DNA from: Balamuthia mandrillaris
Lineage: Eukaryota
Assembly: GCA_031835245.2 (NCBI GenBank)
Contig: JAVKOQ020000072.1
Span: forward strand, 62,001 to 126,000
Length of the DNA: 64,000 nucleotides
Reading direction: 5' to 3'
The position numbers were made by a program, and so were the translations under genes. Positions 1 through 12,642 of the stretch are shown one piece after another. Position 1 is the first letter of the stretch. Each line of letters opens with the position of its first letter. Under the pieces are notes generated by a model. That model did not search any database. It was not told the DNA's origin and was given only the letters and a program-made list of their open reading frames with translations.

Positions 1-1872
1 ATAGTGCGAGAGCAACGCAGCAAAGAAGTCGGGATGCACAAAGTAAGGCACGCCCTGTTCCTCGCACATGCCGCGAACGATTGGCGCGATGTGAGGCAGG
101 TTCACGTGGGCTAACGTCGGGAAGAGGTGGTGCTCTATCTGGTAGTTGAGTCCCCCGGAGAGCCACGTGGCCAGCGCGCTGCCGTACGAATAGTTCGAAC
201 TGGTCATGATCTATGTGAGTGTTTGTGTTGGGCGATGTCAGTCAGCACAGAAGGAAAGAAACGACAAGAAAGAACGAAAAAAACAGAAAGAACACAAAGT
301 CGAAACCGAAAACGAAAACGAACAACAAACAGCCCTAAATGCACGCAAAGAATGTACCTGACACTTGGCCCAATCGTTCTCCCGGTTGTACTGCTCTGGA
401 AAGATGACGTCCTCCGCCAAGTGCGTCACCACAAACTGCAGGCTGAAGCAATAGCCCGCCGTGCAGACCACCAGGCACAACAACAGCAGGCCATGCACAA
501 AGCCATGCCAATAGACCGCCACCAGGAAGAGCCAACAGGGCTGAGCCACTTTGGTCAACGCCAGGAGCCACAGCTCCCACGTGGGCGGGTTGTACATGGG
601 CATGCCCCTATAGTGGCCCCGCAGGACGTAGCCCACGTCCGAGACGTACCACTTGAAGCAGACCCATGGGTACAGCAGCCAGACGTAGAGGTGTTGGAGG
701 CGGTGGTAGGGCCTCCAGGCCTGCCCAGGATTATAACGAATGAGAGGGAAGGCGGTGGTGCTGTCGGGGTCCTGAGTGGAGTTGGTGAACTGGTGGTGCC
801 CGATGTTGTGCTCGTGCTTCCAGACCAAGGAGCTGGCCCCCATGACGTCCATCATGCAGCCGGCCACTTTGCTCAGCCAGGCGCGCTTGCTGAAGGCGCC
901 GTGGTTGCCGTCGTGCATGATGATGATGCCGAGCTGGCTGAAGAACCAGCCGCAGGGGATGGCGCTCCACACGTGACCCTGCACCATGGTCTCCCAGTAG
1001 AAGTAGAGGAAGAAGGCCAGGGTGAGAAAGGTTTGGAGGTAGAGCTGGGGGGCATCCTGGCGGGACAGCCCTTTTTGTTTCAGGTGGGCCTCCACCCGGT
1101 CTCGCAGCTCATCGTAGAAGGGGCTTGTCTTGCTGTAAACGAATGGGGAGTTGTTGTGGTTTTCTTTCTTTTGTTGAGTTGTTGCGTCTTCGGGCCGAGA
1201 GAGTTGTGGGTCATTCTTTTCGTTTGTCTTTGTGGTCGTCGTCCTCTTCCGCATCGTTTGTTCTTCTTCTTCTCCTTCTCCTTTTGATTGCTTCCTCTCG
1301 CCCACCACTACCCCCATAGAGGAGGAACAAGCTTGGTCGCTGCTGCTGACCAGCCGTCCGATGTAAAACTTGGGAAGGACTTTGTCCCTCACCCACCGCC
1401 CGTGCGAGGTTTCGAACAGGACCGTCACGTCCTTGCCCACGCCCTGGAGGATGAGGTCCCCTCCGGGATGCCGCTCCACAAAGGAGCTGACGTTATAGAC
1501 CTTGAGCCCGACGGACAGCCAGTAGTCCCCAGGGCTGTTATGCCGTGCGAGCTCCTCCTCGGTGATAAGTCTTTCCTTCACCTGCTCTGCCTTTCGTTGT
1601 CGCTTGGCTTCACTTTCGGCTTCTGCTTCGTCCTTCCACTTTTGTTTTTGCATCTCTTTCTCCATTTCAATGTCTTCATTGTTGCTATTGTTGTTGTGGT
1701 GGTGGTGGTGGTTGGTGGTGTGGAGAGGAAGAGGAGGAGAGGAGCGTTTCCGGAGGGTGACGCTGCCTGCCAGTGGCACAGAAGTTGCAGAAGAGGAAGA
1801 GGAGGAAGAAGAAGGAGAAGCGGGGGAGAGAGTCACCGTCTGACCCGAGAGAGTTTCTTCTTCCACCGTCAT
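1..1872 (-). CDS. Cytochrome b5-fused front-end fatty acid desaturase (delta-5/6-like); 3' end runs off the window
   Basis: HPGG heme motif; His boxes HDGNH and HNIGHH. After the GT-AG intron 357..211 the frame continues IMTSSNY...GGLNYQIEHHLFP (QxxHH third box). ATG at 1872 (MTVEEETL). Confidence 0.93.
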
Positions 1873-2819
1873 CTTTTTTTTCAGTTGTTTTTTTGTTTTG
1901 GCTGGTTTGTTTGTTTCGATGGGATCAGCTGACCAATCCCAAAAAAAAAAAAAGGGTTGAAGAAGGATCAACGCGACGCGATGCGATGGCAAAACGCAAA
2001 TAAATAAATAAATGAAAAAAAAAACCTGAACTGTATTTCCCAAAAAGAAGAGAGTTTGGTGGGTTAGTGGAGCAACCAACAACAACAACAAAAGAAGAAG
2101 AAGACAAGCGGGGGGGAAAAAAAAAGAAACAAAGAAAAGATGAAGACCCACCACTAAAGCAACAACAATATTGAACAAAAAAAAATGACAATGATGACAA
2201 TGAACCTACTTGCAGCGACAAAAAAGGGGGAGGAAGAGAAGCAGCAGCAGGAAAAAAAAATAAAAGGGTCTTTGTTTTTTTTTTTCCTTTCTCTCGATGG
2301 GGGATCTCACTCGCGCTCAATCTCCTCTCTCTCTCACTGGCAGGGGTGGTGGTGGTGGGCCGGCGAAAAGGGAAAAAAAAAAAGAAAAAGAAAGAAAAGA
2401 AAATAAAAGCAAGTTTGGCGGGGAAGAAAATAGCTTTTCCGTTCGGGGGTGATCCATGGTTGGGGTGAGGCACAGGCGAGCGTACGTCCGGTTTGGGAGC
2501 ATGTGGTGCCGGAGAGGACCTCGGTGGACAGATTCTCGACCGGGGAGAGGCGCATTACCTCGATTACGAAGCCTTGTGGTTTGTCCCACAATGGTAATTT
2601 TCCGGATCATTACCGGGCTCAGGAAAATATAAACGGGGAAATATGTGTCTTCTTTCCTCCGGTCCTTCCCACCAAGTCGCCTCCCTATCGTTTCCCGTCC
2701 GCTTTCCGATTTCCCTTTCTCGGAAAGAATAAAAATATGTTGTCTGGCTGATGTCATCACCAGATCAACCATCTGATCGAACATTTTGAGTTCAATTCCT
2801 TCACAATCGCAGCAGTTTT

Positions 2820-2865
2820 GTCGACGATTATAACACGCTGGAATTAATGTCGACTAATTGTCGAC
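2820..2865. promoter_or_regulatory. Cluster of three TGTCGAC motifs in a divergent promoter
   Basis: GTCGAC at 2820, 2849 and 2860; the motif recurs in most divergent promoters. Confidence 0.55.
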
Positions 2866-3049
2866 GAAAAATAAAGACAGGAAGAAAAAGGAAGAAAGAA
2901 AAGAAAGAAACGAAATTAGCATTTGTGTTGTCGATCTTCCTTCCTTCCTGGCTTGCTCCTTTCCTTTCCTTTCCTTGCCTTACTGTTTGTGAAAGCTTCC
3001 CCTTTTTTTTTGTGAACAAAACAAAACAAAAAAAAAACAAGTTAGGCCA

Positions 3050-6006
3050 ATGCCAAAACGCAAACGAATCTATTCGGCTTACGGCGATGAGGTCGTGGCG
3101 GAGGAAGAAGTGGAAGTGGAAGTGGAAGAGGAGGAGGTGGAGCAGGAGCATGAGGAACTGAAGGCCACGGTGAAGGAGGCCCAGCAACCACAAAAGGAAC
3201 AATTGGTGGTGGAGGTTCGAGAAAAGATGAACGAGACGGTGTTGATGGTGGTGGTTGAAAAGGACAACCGCCACCACCAGTTTCATTCTTCCACCACCAC
3301 CACTACGATGACGACGACCACTACCACTTCGTCCACTCTACGCGAAACAGAAGAAGAAGAGGAGGAGGAGACAAGCCCTAAAAGAAGAAGAATAACGCAA
3401 CAACATTTGGAGATGAGGTATGAGGAAGAGGAGGAGGAAGAGGAAGAAACATCGAGTGACGGCTATGCATCCTCCTCTTCTTCCTCTTCGTCAACTTTTC
3501 GGCTGGTGTTTTCGGAGGAGGAGGAGGACGAGGAATCCAGCGGGCGAGACTTGCCCACTGGCTACTGTGAGGCCACCGAGCTGCGCACCATTGGTTCGGA
3601 CTTTGCTGCTTGCTTTCCTTTCGTTTGCTTGCTTTCTGTCTTTCTTTTTATTTATGCTTTCGTTTTCTTCTCTCTTTCGCTGTTTGCTTCCTTGTTCCTG
3701 TTCCTTTTCATCTGGTTGTTTGTTGCTTTCTTTGTCGTTTCTTATTCCTCTTTCTTCTTCTTCTTCCTCTTTCTTCTTCTTCTTCTTCTTCTTCTTCTTC
3801 TTCTTCTTCTTCTTCTTCTTCTTCTTCTTCTTCTTTTCTGCTTGGTCGTTTTCTTCTTCTTCCTTCTTCCTTCTTCTTGTTAAACACAGTAAGAGAACAA
3901 GATGGATCCATGGACACCAAACCAAAACAACGAGATCCCACAGCTCCCGACTACGACGCATGGAACGAAGAATTCCAACGGTATACTTCTCTCTCTCTCT
4001 CTCTCTCTCTCGCTCTATCTCTTCTCTCTCTTCTCTCTCTCTTCTCTCTCTCTCTCTCTCTCTCTCCTTACATTCGTTTCTTTATCATTTAAAAAAGGTA
4101 TTACGACATGCCAACCGAAACGCCAGAAGATCGGCTAAAGCGGGCATGGAAGATCTTTGAGGTCTACGAACGTTTCTTGACAGTGGCAAAGGAGCTCAGC
4201 GTCACCATCATCTCCGAGCTTGGCACCCAAAAGAAGACCATCAGCCGCAGCCAAGCCGGAGGCGTTGGCGGCGGCGAGAAGTACTGCGCCCGCGGCATCT
4301 TCTTCAAGTTTGTCAGGGACGTATTTGGGATCTATGGCGGCGAGCATTGGTCCATGAAGGCGGCTGGCCATGAGATCAAGTCCATGAACGCCCTGTTGGA
4401 ATGCAATATAGCAGAGTTGCACTTGCCGCTGGTGGTCTGCGTGGATTATTGGGGCTATAGGGTGTTTGCAGAAACAGCGCTGCCTATAAATAATAAGACC
4501 ATTTGTTATGGGTCTGATAACGGCGGTGTTATAGGTTTGTTCTTCTTCTCTTCACCGTTCTCTCTCTCGTTCTCTCTCGTTCTCTCCCGTTCTCTCCTTC
4601 TTCGTTGTACTCATTAGTTTCTGATGAACAGTATATGACACGGATGAAAAAATGAGAGAACTGATGATGCAAGCGGCGGAAAAACTAAAACTGAAAGAAC
4701 ATGTTGTGGCAGAGGGCATTTCCAATCATCCCAAACGGATATTTGGCCCGTGTGGTAAACCTGCCTTCCGATCTCGTTCTCCCTTCTCTCATTTCATCTC
4801 TATAGGAGTCGTCTCACCACAACAAAACGAAAATAGACATAGAAGGACATAAAGGATTGGATGGATTGTATTATTTGGTGGATATGGCTCGTCTCTTTCC
4901 CAGCGAAGGACCCTTTGTGGCAATCTACGGAGTGTTCATACCTTCTGACGAGTCGCAGGAGCTTCAAACGGTGGAGCTAAGCCGGTTACAACGTCAAAAG
5001 GATGAGGACTTAAGACGGATCCTTTCTCTCTCTTCTTCTGAGGATTGGGTGGAAGAGATGCATTCGGATTCTTTGACGACACTCTTTCGACAGAAGTTGC
5101 CCGCTGATCGTGTTGCTATTGGTCGTTCCTCAAACCATGTACTTTCTGTGTCTGCTTCTTCATCTCCATCAACTCCTTCTGTAGTGTTATCATCCTCCTC
5201 TTCGTCTTCTTCAAAACTTGGTCTTTCATTGGATGGAGTAGAAAAAGAAGAAGGCGGATCGGATGAAAGTGACGAGGACATGAAGAAACCGCCTTTTAAC
5301 TCTCGTGCTTCTTGTCTTGTGGGTCGTCCTATCTTTGGAAATGTCATCGCTGCGCGAGGGTTTGTTCTTGTTCTTCTTCTTGTTCTTCCTCCTACTCCTC
5401 TTCTTCTTCCACTTTGTTCTTTATTCTTTATTCTTTATTTTCCTTTCTTCTTCTCTATTCTTCTTTTTTTTAAAGCCTTTGGTTTGCTCACATTTTCGTT
5501 TTCCTAGAACAAAACTTCAAAACTTTTACTATTTGCTGCGACCAGAGTTGGTTCGGCAGAGTCCAACTCCTCTGAGCTCAGATGCCTTTTCAAACTTTGG
5601 AAAAAACCGCAGAGAAGAACACGAGGCTGAAATTCTGGCCTTAACACGAAAACTTCGGGAAGAGGTCATTCCGACGTTTGCACGGTGGATCAACCAGAAC
5701 CCTCATAAAGTGGTATCTGGACTTCATTTGCCTCATTTGATGCATAAACATGGGATTAATCTTCGGTATCTTGGTACGTTTTCTTCCCTTGCTTTCTTTT
5801 CCTCGCTTTTTCTTCTTTTTTCGTTATCTGGTCTTCTTGCTTCTTGTTCTTTCTCAGTCCTGATCATGCACAACAATAACAACAACAACAATAAAGGGCG
5901 GTTATATGGTTTAATGAAGAGAGAACGTCTGAAATATAACTGTGTCGGCTTCCAAATGATTGCTCGGCTCCTTAAAGTTTGCTTTCCTCTCTCTCTCTCT
6001 CTCTCT

Positions 6007-6043
<37 letters not shown>

Positions 6044-7582
6044 GCTCCTCTGATTACTGAGTTATCTTCCATCATAAAAAACAAAAAAAAGAACCAACTA
6101 AGAGCAAAACTTCGCGAGAAAAGTGTCAACTCAGAAGCTCAATATCAACGCGTCATCGTCAACTTCTTCAACATGGTCTTTGGTGAGGACAAAACATCCC
6201 AAGACTTTTGGGAGAAAGCAATGCCCATTCATCTTCTACTCAAATTCGGTCCTTTCGGTTTCCATTTCGAACATCAACAACACCAACAAGAAAACGAAAC
6301 AGAAAACATCAGTAACACAAACTACGAAACGAACTTTAAGTTTATTTTGGGAAAGATTCCTCTTTTTCACATGCTACAAGAATACACTGGAGTCAAGTTC
6401 ACTCTCAGCGCCGAAGAGATCAGAGAACGTCTTCGCGATAACGGCTCTTCTCTCTCTTCCTCTTCGGCTTCGGCGGAAGCAAACAACGAAACCAAGAATA
6501 ACTTCTTTCGCCCTTTTGTGGTGGAGGAATTGGCCGAAGTGGTCGTGTTGGCCAAGAAAGTCGACACTCGCAGCAAAATACTTCCTTACATTCGCAAATG
6601 CTGCCCGGTAAAGAGGGCCGAATCGCCGGAGGAGGCTTTGGAGATGCAGAGGAAGCACCGCAAGTTGGTGCGTGATGTGTATGGGCAGGAGAGCGCGGAG
6701 ATGGCGGCTTCTACCATCAGACTTGCTGATATGTATAGTAGATTAGGTTTGTTTGCTACTTTGTTTTCTCTTTACGTTCGTTAGTTATGTTCTTTGTATT
6801 CTCTTGTCCTTTCCTTGTCGGTGCTTTCTTTGTCGCTATCGCTCTCTTCTCTGCTTCTCTGCTTCTCTCCCTTTCTCGCTTTCCTCTCTTGCTCTCTGTT
6901 GCACTGTGATGATTATTCTGACTTAAACAAAATATAATCAGGAAACCGAAAGAAAGCTTTCGCACTGATAAAAGACTGTTTGTCATCCATGATGTCCCTG
7001 CCGGAAATGGCCGGCGAGGTCATGCTCGGCTGCTTCTACCTGATGGCCTTGATCCTGGAGCGTGCCGAGGATTTCGACAAGGCCGAAGGGATCTACGCCC
7101 TCATTCTCCAAAGTATGTTGGAGCTCTATGACAGCGTGGACGACCCGAAGAGCGCCTCTCCTTTCGAGGTGGAGCTGAGATGCAAATTGGCGGAGCTGCT
7201 GGAGAGGAAGCAACGCATGGGAGTGGCGTCGGAGGAGGATGTGGCGGTAGCGCGAGCGCATCGAGAGCGGTTATCCATACTTTGTGCTATTTTTCCAGGC
7301 ATTGAAGAGTCTTCTTGTGCGTATCTCTTTCTTTCCTCTTTGCTTTTGTGCCTGCTCTTCTCTCTCCCCTCTCTCGCTCTCTCTTTCGCTCGCTCGCTCT
7401 CTCTCTCGTTCTCTCCCCTCTGGCTGTGGTCTGACCTTTCTGCTAAATTGTACATAGTTTCGCAAGTGGTAAGTTTTCTGAACTTCAAAGATTTGAGTGG
7501 ATACCAGATCCCGGTGGACGACATGGACTTACAGGCGCTGTCCTCCGTGATCTTTTCTTCTTCCTCCAACGACGGAGAATAA
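3050..7582 (+). CDS. Clu-domain-containing protein with acidic N-terminus and TPR-like helical C-terminus; multi-exon
   Basis: Spliced motifs GGEKY..RGIFFKF, KAAGHEIK, LPLVVCVDYWGYRV, ICYGSDNGG, GPCDIEGHKGLDGLYYLVDMARLFP, LRPELV..PLSSDAFS and MHKHGINLRYLG match the CLU central domain. GT-AG junctions join in frame. Confidence 0.8.
3752..3836 (+). repeat. (CTT)n microsatellite in intron 1 of the Clu-domain gene
   Basis: Directly visible tandem array. Confidence 0.95.
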
Positions 7583-8436
7583 CAACGAAAAGGACCAGGA
7601 CAACCGCCGAAATACTTTTGTGGAATAGTGGGGCGAAGAGATGCGTTTCCCCTTTTATAGATAATAAAATTAGATGGTATCCATGGCCACCACTTCCCTT
7701 TTAGGTTAACCCAATTATGTTGCTAAGCAACACCCGCATAAAAGGACAAGAGTTAGATACGCGAGGGTCGCTCCATAGCAATCATGCCAGTTCACGTGAA
7801 CGGTCAAAAAAAGGTAAGGTTTACAGGAATTTCTTTTGGTCAATGCCGAGAGGGCAAAAACTGTCCGCTCTGCCCAAAGCACAAGCTCCACCTCACGAAC
7901 TGGACGTCTTCCCCGCTTGCACGTGCCGCCAACGCCGCGCGCATAATTGTTTGCTTCAAAAAATCACACAAACTAACAAAAAAAAAAAAAATATTAGTTC
8001 GTATCGCCATTTACGACCCCACCAAAGACAAAAGAAGACGCGAAGGAGCGCCATCCCAAAGCAGACTTTGTTTTTTCTGCCCTGTCGTTTCTCCTTCTTT
8101 CCTCCTCTTTCCTCTTGCTATTCTTTCCATTCCATTCCATTATATATATATATATATATTTTTTTTTTGGGTGGTAAGTTTTACCTTTTGATCTTTCATC
8201 GAGTATCAAAAAAAAATATTTTTTTCTTTCTCTCTGGCATCATCGATCGATCTTTCATTCTCTTCTCTTCTCTTCTCCTCTCTTCTTCTCTTCTCTTTCT
8301 CTGCTCGAGTTTTTTTCTCTGTTGTCATTTTTTTGTCTCATTTTTTATTATTTATTTATTTATTTATTTTTATATATATATTTTTTTTTTGATAAGTTCA
8401 GATTTTGAAAAAAATTAGATTCGACAGAGAGAGAGG

Positions 8437-11365
8437 ATGCCCAGAACAAGTGCTTTTCTGGATGAGGACGGCGAGGATGCCGATTTCTCTCCGCTCATGG
8501 CGAGTAGTGGAGTGGATGATGGAGCCACGACGCCGAGCAGCAAACCAAGAGGAGGAGGAGGAGGAGGTGGAAGAGGTGGTGGTGGTTCCAGAGACACAAA
8601 AGCCAAGCGACCCAAACGTAAACAGGTCAAGAGAGCTTGTCTTAACTGTCGACGCAGCCATTCAGGTTGTTGCTCTCTTCTTTGCCTCTCTCTTCCCTCT
8701 CTTCTCTCGCCTAGCTCTTCTCTTCTGTCTTCTCGTCTCTCATCTCTCATCTGCGTCTTCTCTGTTCTCTTTCTCCTGTCTCTTCTTTCTCTTCTCTCTT
8801 CTCTCTCCTGCTCTCTTCTCTCTTCTCTCTTCCTGCTCTCTGCTCACTGTTTGAGAAAAAAACACAAACAAAAGGATGTGATGAGAAGCGGCCCTGTACG
8901 CGATGTGTGGAGAGTGGGTTGGCTGCCAGCTGTCAGGATGTACCGAGAAAGAAGAGGATCATTCGAGGCAGGAAGAGCTCCACCAACAAGAAAAAGAAGA
9001 AAGGAGGAACAGTAGGAGGCAAAGCTGGTGCCACTGGTCGTGGTCGACCCAGAGGAAGACCTTCGCTCAAGGTTTCTTTTTTTTTTCTCTTCGTTTTGCT
9101 TTTTTTGTTCGTTATTCTTCTCTTGGCTGCCTTCTGCTGTCTTTCTCTGTTTCTTCATTTATTCACTGATGCGCTTGTTTGCAGTGGGAGGATATGTCAG
9201 ACGAAGAAGAGGATGAGGAAGAGGAAGAGGAACCAGAAGAAGAGGAGGAGGAGGAAGAGGAGGAAGCACAAGAACACGAGTATGATGATGAAGAAGCTGC
9301 CTTCGAAACAGAACCAACAACACCAACGAAAGAAGAAGACGGAGAAGATGATGAAGAAGCTAAACCAAAGCCAAGAGGGAGAGGTCGACCAAGAGGTACA
9401 GGAAGACCAAGAGGAAGACCTCCTTCGCGACAGAAACGGTTCGTTCGTCCTCACTTAGAACTTGCTGCTGCTTCAACTGCAGCAGCGAAGTCTGTGCGCC
9501 GAAATGCAGAAGCATCAACCGCACAACCAACGTCTTCTCCTGCATCCATTGCTGCGTTATTAGCACGGAAATCATCATTGGGAAGCCCTTATTATGCTTT
9601 TTTGAAGGACGGAGCGATGAAAGAAGAGAAAGATGAGAAATTGAAAGAAAGAGAAGACATAGCGAATAAAATGGACGAAGAACAAGAGGAAGAAGATAAG
9701 AGTGTAAAGATCAAACGGAAAGATGTAAGAGAAGAAGAGGAAGATGAGGAAGAACAGCAAGAACGCGAGGAAGCTGAAAGAGATGAGGATGAGGAAGAGA
9801 ACGAAGAAGACGACGAAAATGAAGATGAAGAAGAAGAAGAAGAGGATGAAGACGGACTACACACGCAAAGTCATTCCAACTCAGATTCTTCTTCCAGTGA
9901 AGGCGATGACGATGAGGAAGATGAAACCTCTCCAGTTCATTTGCTTCATCATCACCATCGGAAGAAACACAAGCCCCGAAGAGCAAGTTTCTCATCAGCC
10001 GACTATAGCAGTGAAGGAGTGCTTCTCTCTCGAGAAAGAGGAAAAACAAAGACACAAAAAGATCGTTCTGCCAACGACAATAACGACAATAACGACAACG
10101 CAAATGAAGAGGGAGGCGACTATCAATCACTCGTCTATGAACTCTCCGAATTACGTCGTTATAATACACGACTGGAACAAACCCTCCAAAATATTTTGAG
10201 CGAAGTGCAACAACTTCGTTCTCGTAACGATCTTCGACGAAGCGGAGCAACTACAACACCTTCCAGCTCCACCTCATCAACAACTCCCTTTCGCCAGGAA
10301 AGTACAGGTAGCATGATGCTTCATGACAACAACCACTCTTCATCTTCTCAACTTCTTCCATCCGCTATCGTGTCTCCTTCTTCTTTGTCTTCGTTAACTT
10401 CCACCGGACAAGGAAGCACCAGCGAACAAATGACAGCACCGGGATTGTCCACATGGAAACTTTCGGACATGACTCTATGTGAATGCAACGACCGTTTCTT
10501 GGAGATAGTCGGACATTCCTCCATTGAACCTTTTCTCTCTTCTTCGTCTTCTTCCTCAAGAACAAGATCCCCTATACTCTTACATCAGTTGTTTCCTCCG
10601 CGAGCCGCAGAGGAGCAAATGTCCCTTGTCAAAACCATTCTTTCCTCCTTCACATCGATGAATGGAAACCGTGATAATAGCAGTAATCCTGTTTCCAGGC
10701 AAACGTCGATAATGCTTCCCAATGGAACGGAGAGGGGTGTTTGGATGACGATGCAGATTGTAAAAGGGGAGGACGGTCTGCCTCAGTTTGTTAGCGTCAC
10801 CTTTGTGGAAATGGATCCCCAATCTTCTTCAACGCCATCACCAACGCGAACGAATTCTTCCTCATCCTCTTCTTATCCATCGTACCGCGCTCTTCATGAC
10901 GCTTCGTCGTCCTCCCCTTCATCATCATCTTCTTCTTCTTCTTATACAAACCCTTCTTCTGTGCACAGCAATTATTCCCATTATTCTTCTCAACAACATC
11001 AACACCAATCACATCATCGTACTTCTCCTTCCCAACATCAACTTAATGGTGCCTCTTCACATCATCGTTATTCCTCTTCTCCTGCTTCCTCCTCCTCATC
11101 TCACCAACGTCTGTCCTCTCAGTCTCTATTTTCTCCTTTTCCTCCTTCCTCTTCTTCTTCTTCTTCTTCCTCTTCCTATCCTCATAACTATTTGGCGAAC
11201 GATCATCACCATTCTCCTCATTCTCACTCCTATTCTTCTCCTACGATGCCACATCACAACAACGAGTCTTCTCCATCATCTCCTCCTTCTCCTGTCTCGC
11301 TTTCCAACAACAATCATTCCCCTCGAAGCTCTTCATCTCAGCACCACCACCATCATCACCCTTGA
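8437..11365 (+). CDS. Zn(II)2Cys6 transcription factor with AT-hooks, coiled coil and C-terminal PAS-like domain
   Basis: Removing intron 8666..8874 gives KRACLNCRRSHSGCDEKRPCTRCVESGLAASC (C-x2-C-x6-C-x5-C-x2-C-x8-C). Second intron 9072..9184. GRPRGRP AT-hooks, heptad LSELRRYNTRLEQTLQNIL, PAS-like LCECNDRFLEIVG...VWMTMQIV...FVSVTF. Confidence 0.88.
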
Positions 11366-11518
11366 AGCCAGTTAACACACATTTCCCCTTATCTCTTGCA
11401 ACAACAAACATCTGTATAGAAGAAAAAGAAAACTACTTCTTTGTTCGCTCTACCATCAATGGTTGAGATGGGATGGGTCAAGCAGAAGGCCTGCGAAGCA
11501 AGGTGTCCCTCCTCCCCT

Positions 11519-12425
11519 TCATGCCATCCAGAAAGGGCGAAGGGAGGCAGCAGGAGCGGAATCGCCAGTATTGGTGAGCCTGTTGAACTCTTCGTTTGTC
11601 AGGCTTCGCATGGCGGAAATCAACTCCATGGCTGCTTTGGTCGCCTCCACGAAGCCGGTATCGCCGGTAACTGCCACATCGAACACGCAGGTTTCATGGT
11701 AGGGCGCTTCGCTGATGCTTTCGCAAGCGGTCTGGGCGAAGAGGGAACAAAGAAAGAGGGGGCGACGGGCAGGAGAGCGTACCTCAGCTTCTTGTCTGGA
11801 GACAGGCAGTTCTCTCGTTGTAAAGGTGGTGAAGTCTAGCTGCTCTTCGAAGGGGCAGTACCCCGTCTCTTCTCTATATGAATCTGTTTGTGGATAAGCC
11901 AAAACGAACAACACAAGCAACCGAACGAATGAGGGAAGACGGGGTACGAAACTAATGGGACCGTAGATGCCGACCATCAAGCAACCGTTCACCTTCCTGA
12001 CCTGGAGATGGGTGGCCACTCCTCTCAAGTACAAGTCCGATTGCTCCTCTCCATTCTCCCCCCGAATGGTCTCCAACACCAAAGCGTGAGGCTGGTCCTC
12101 TATCACCTTCCGGGACTTTGGGAAGGGGGCATCGTGGGAGAAGACAAAGTTCTCGTAGAGACAGGTCTTGGTGAGGACCTCCACCTTGATGGTCATCCAC
12201 CACCTCGTTCGTGAGGAAGACGTCCATCCATTCGGTCTGGAAGAAGACATCCCTGCCGGCCTCCTTGCAAGTCCAGGTGCTCCCTTCGTCCCGGTCGTTC
12301 AGGGTGATCAGGTGCGGGGCGGGTCACCATAGCTGCCGAAGAAGAGGGTGGAGGTGTGGTTATCATTGTAGCGAAAGTTGCGCTGCACAGTTCGTGGCCC
12401 ACTCCGGAACGTTCTCGCACTCGTA
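11519..12425 (-). pseudogene. 5'-truncated, frameshifted duplicate of the RGM/vWD-like gene
   Basis: Homologous to 12643..14008. A 5-bp duplication (CCCGCCCCGC) breaks GDPH, there is a deletion after TNEVVD and another frameshift after CENVPEWATN. Introns retained; no signal-peptide exon. Confidence 0.8.
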
Positions 12426-12642
12426 AGCGGTTTAACAATAGTGGTATATTTCTCCAAGCCAAGGCCAAGGTCGCTGGACTCCACAACAATATATCTGCAT
12501 TACGCTTTTATTACCGCTAATTGTTCGGAGTTTGAAACGGAGTTTCCAGGACTACGTAGCCCTCGAATGAATTTGCTTGCAGTCAATGTGGAATGCTTTG
12601 AAGGACAAGTGCCCCTTTGCCTATCCTTTATATATATATATC

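Noticed and set aside
7288..7460. Possible GC-AG intron in the Clu-domain gene
   Set aside because: A canonical GTGCGT donor a few codons downstream splices in frame.
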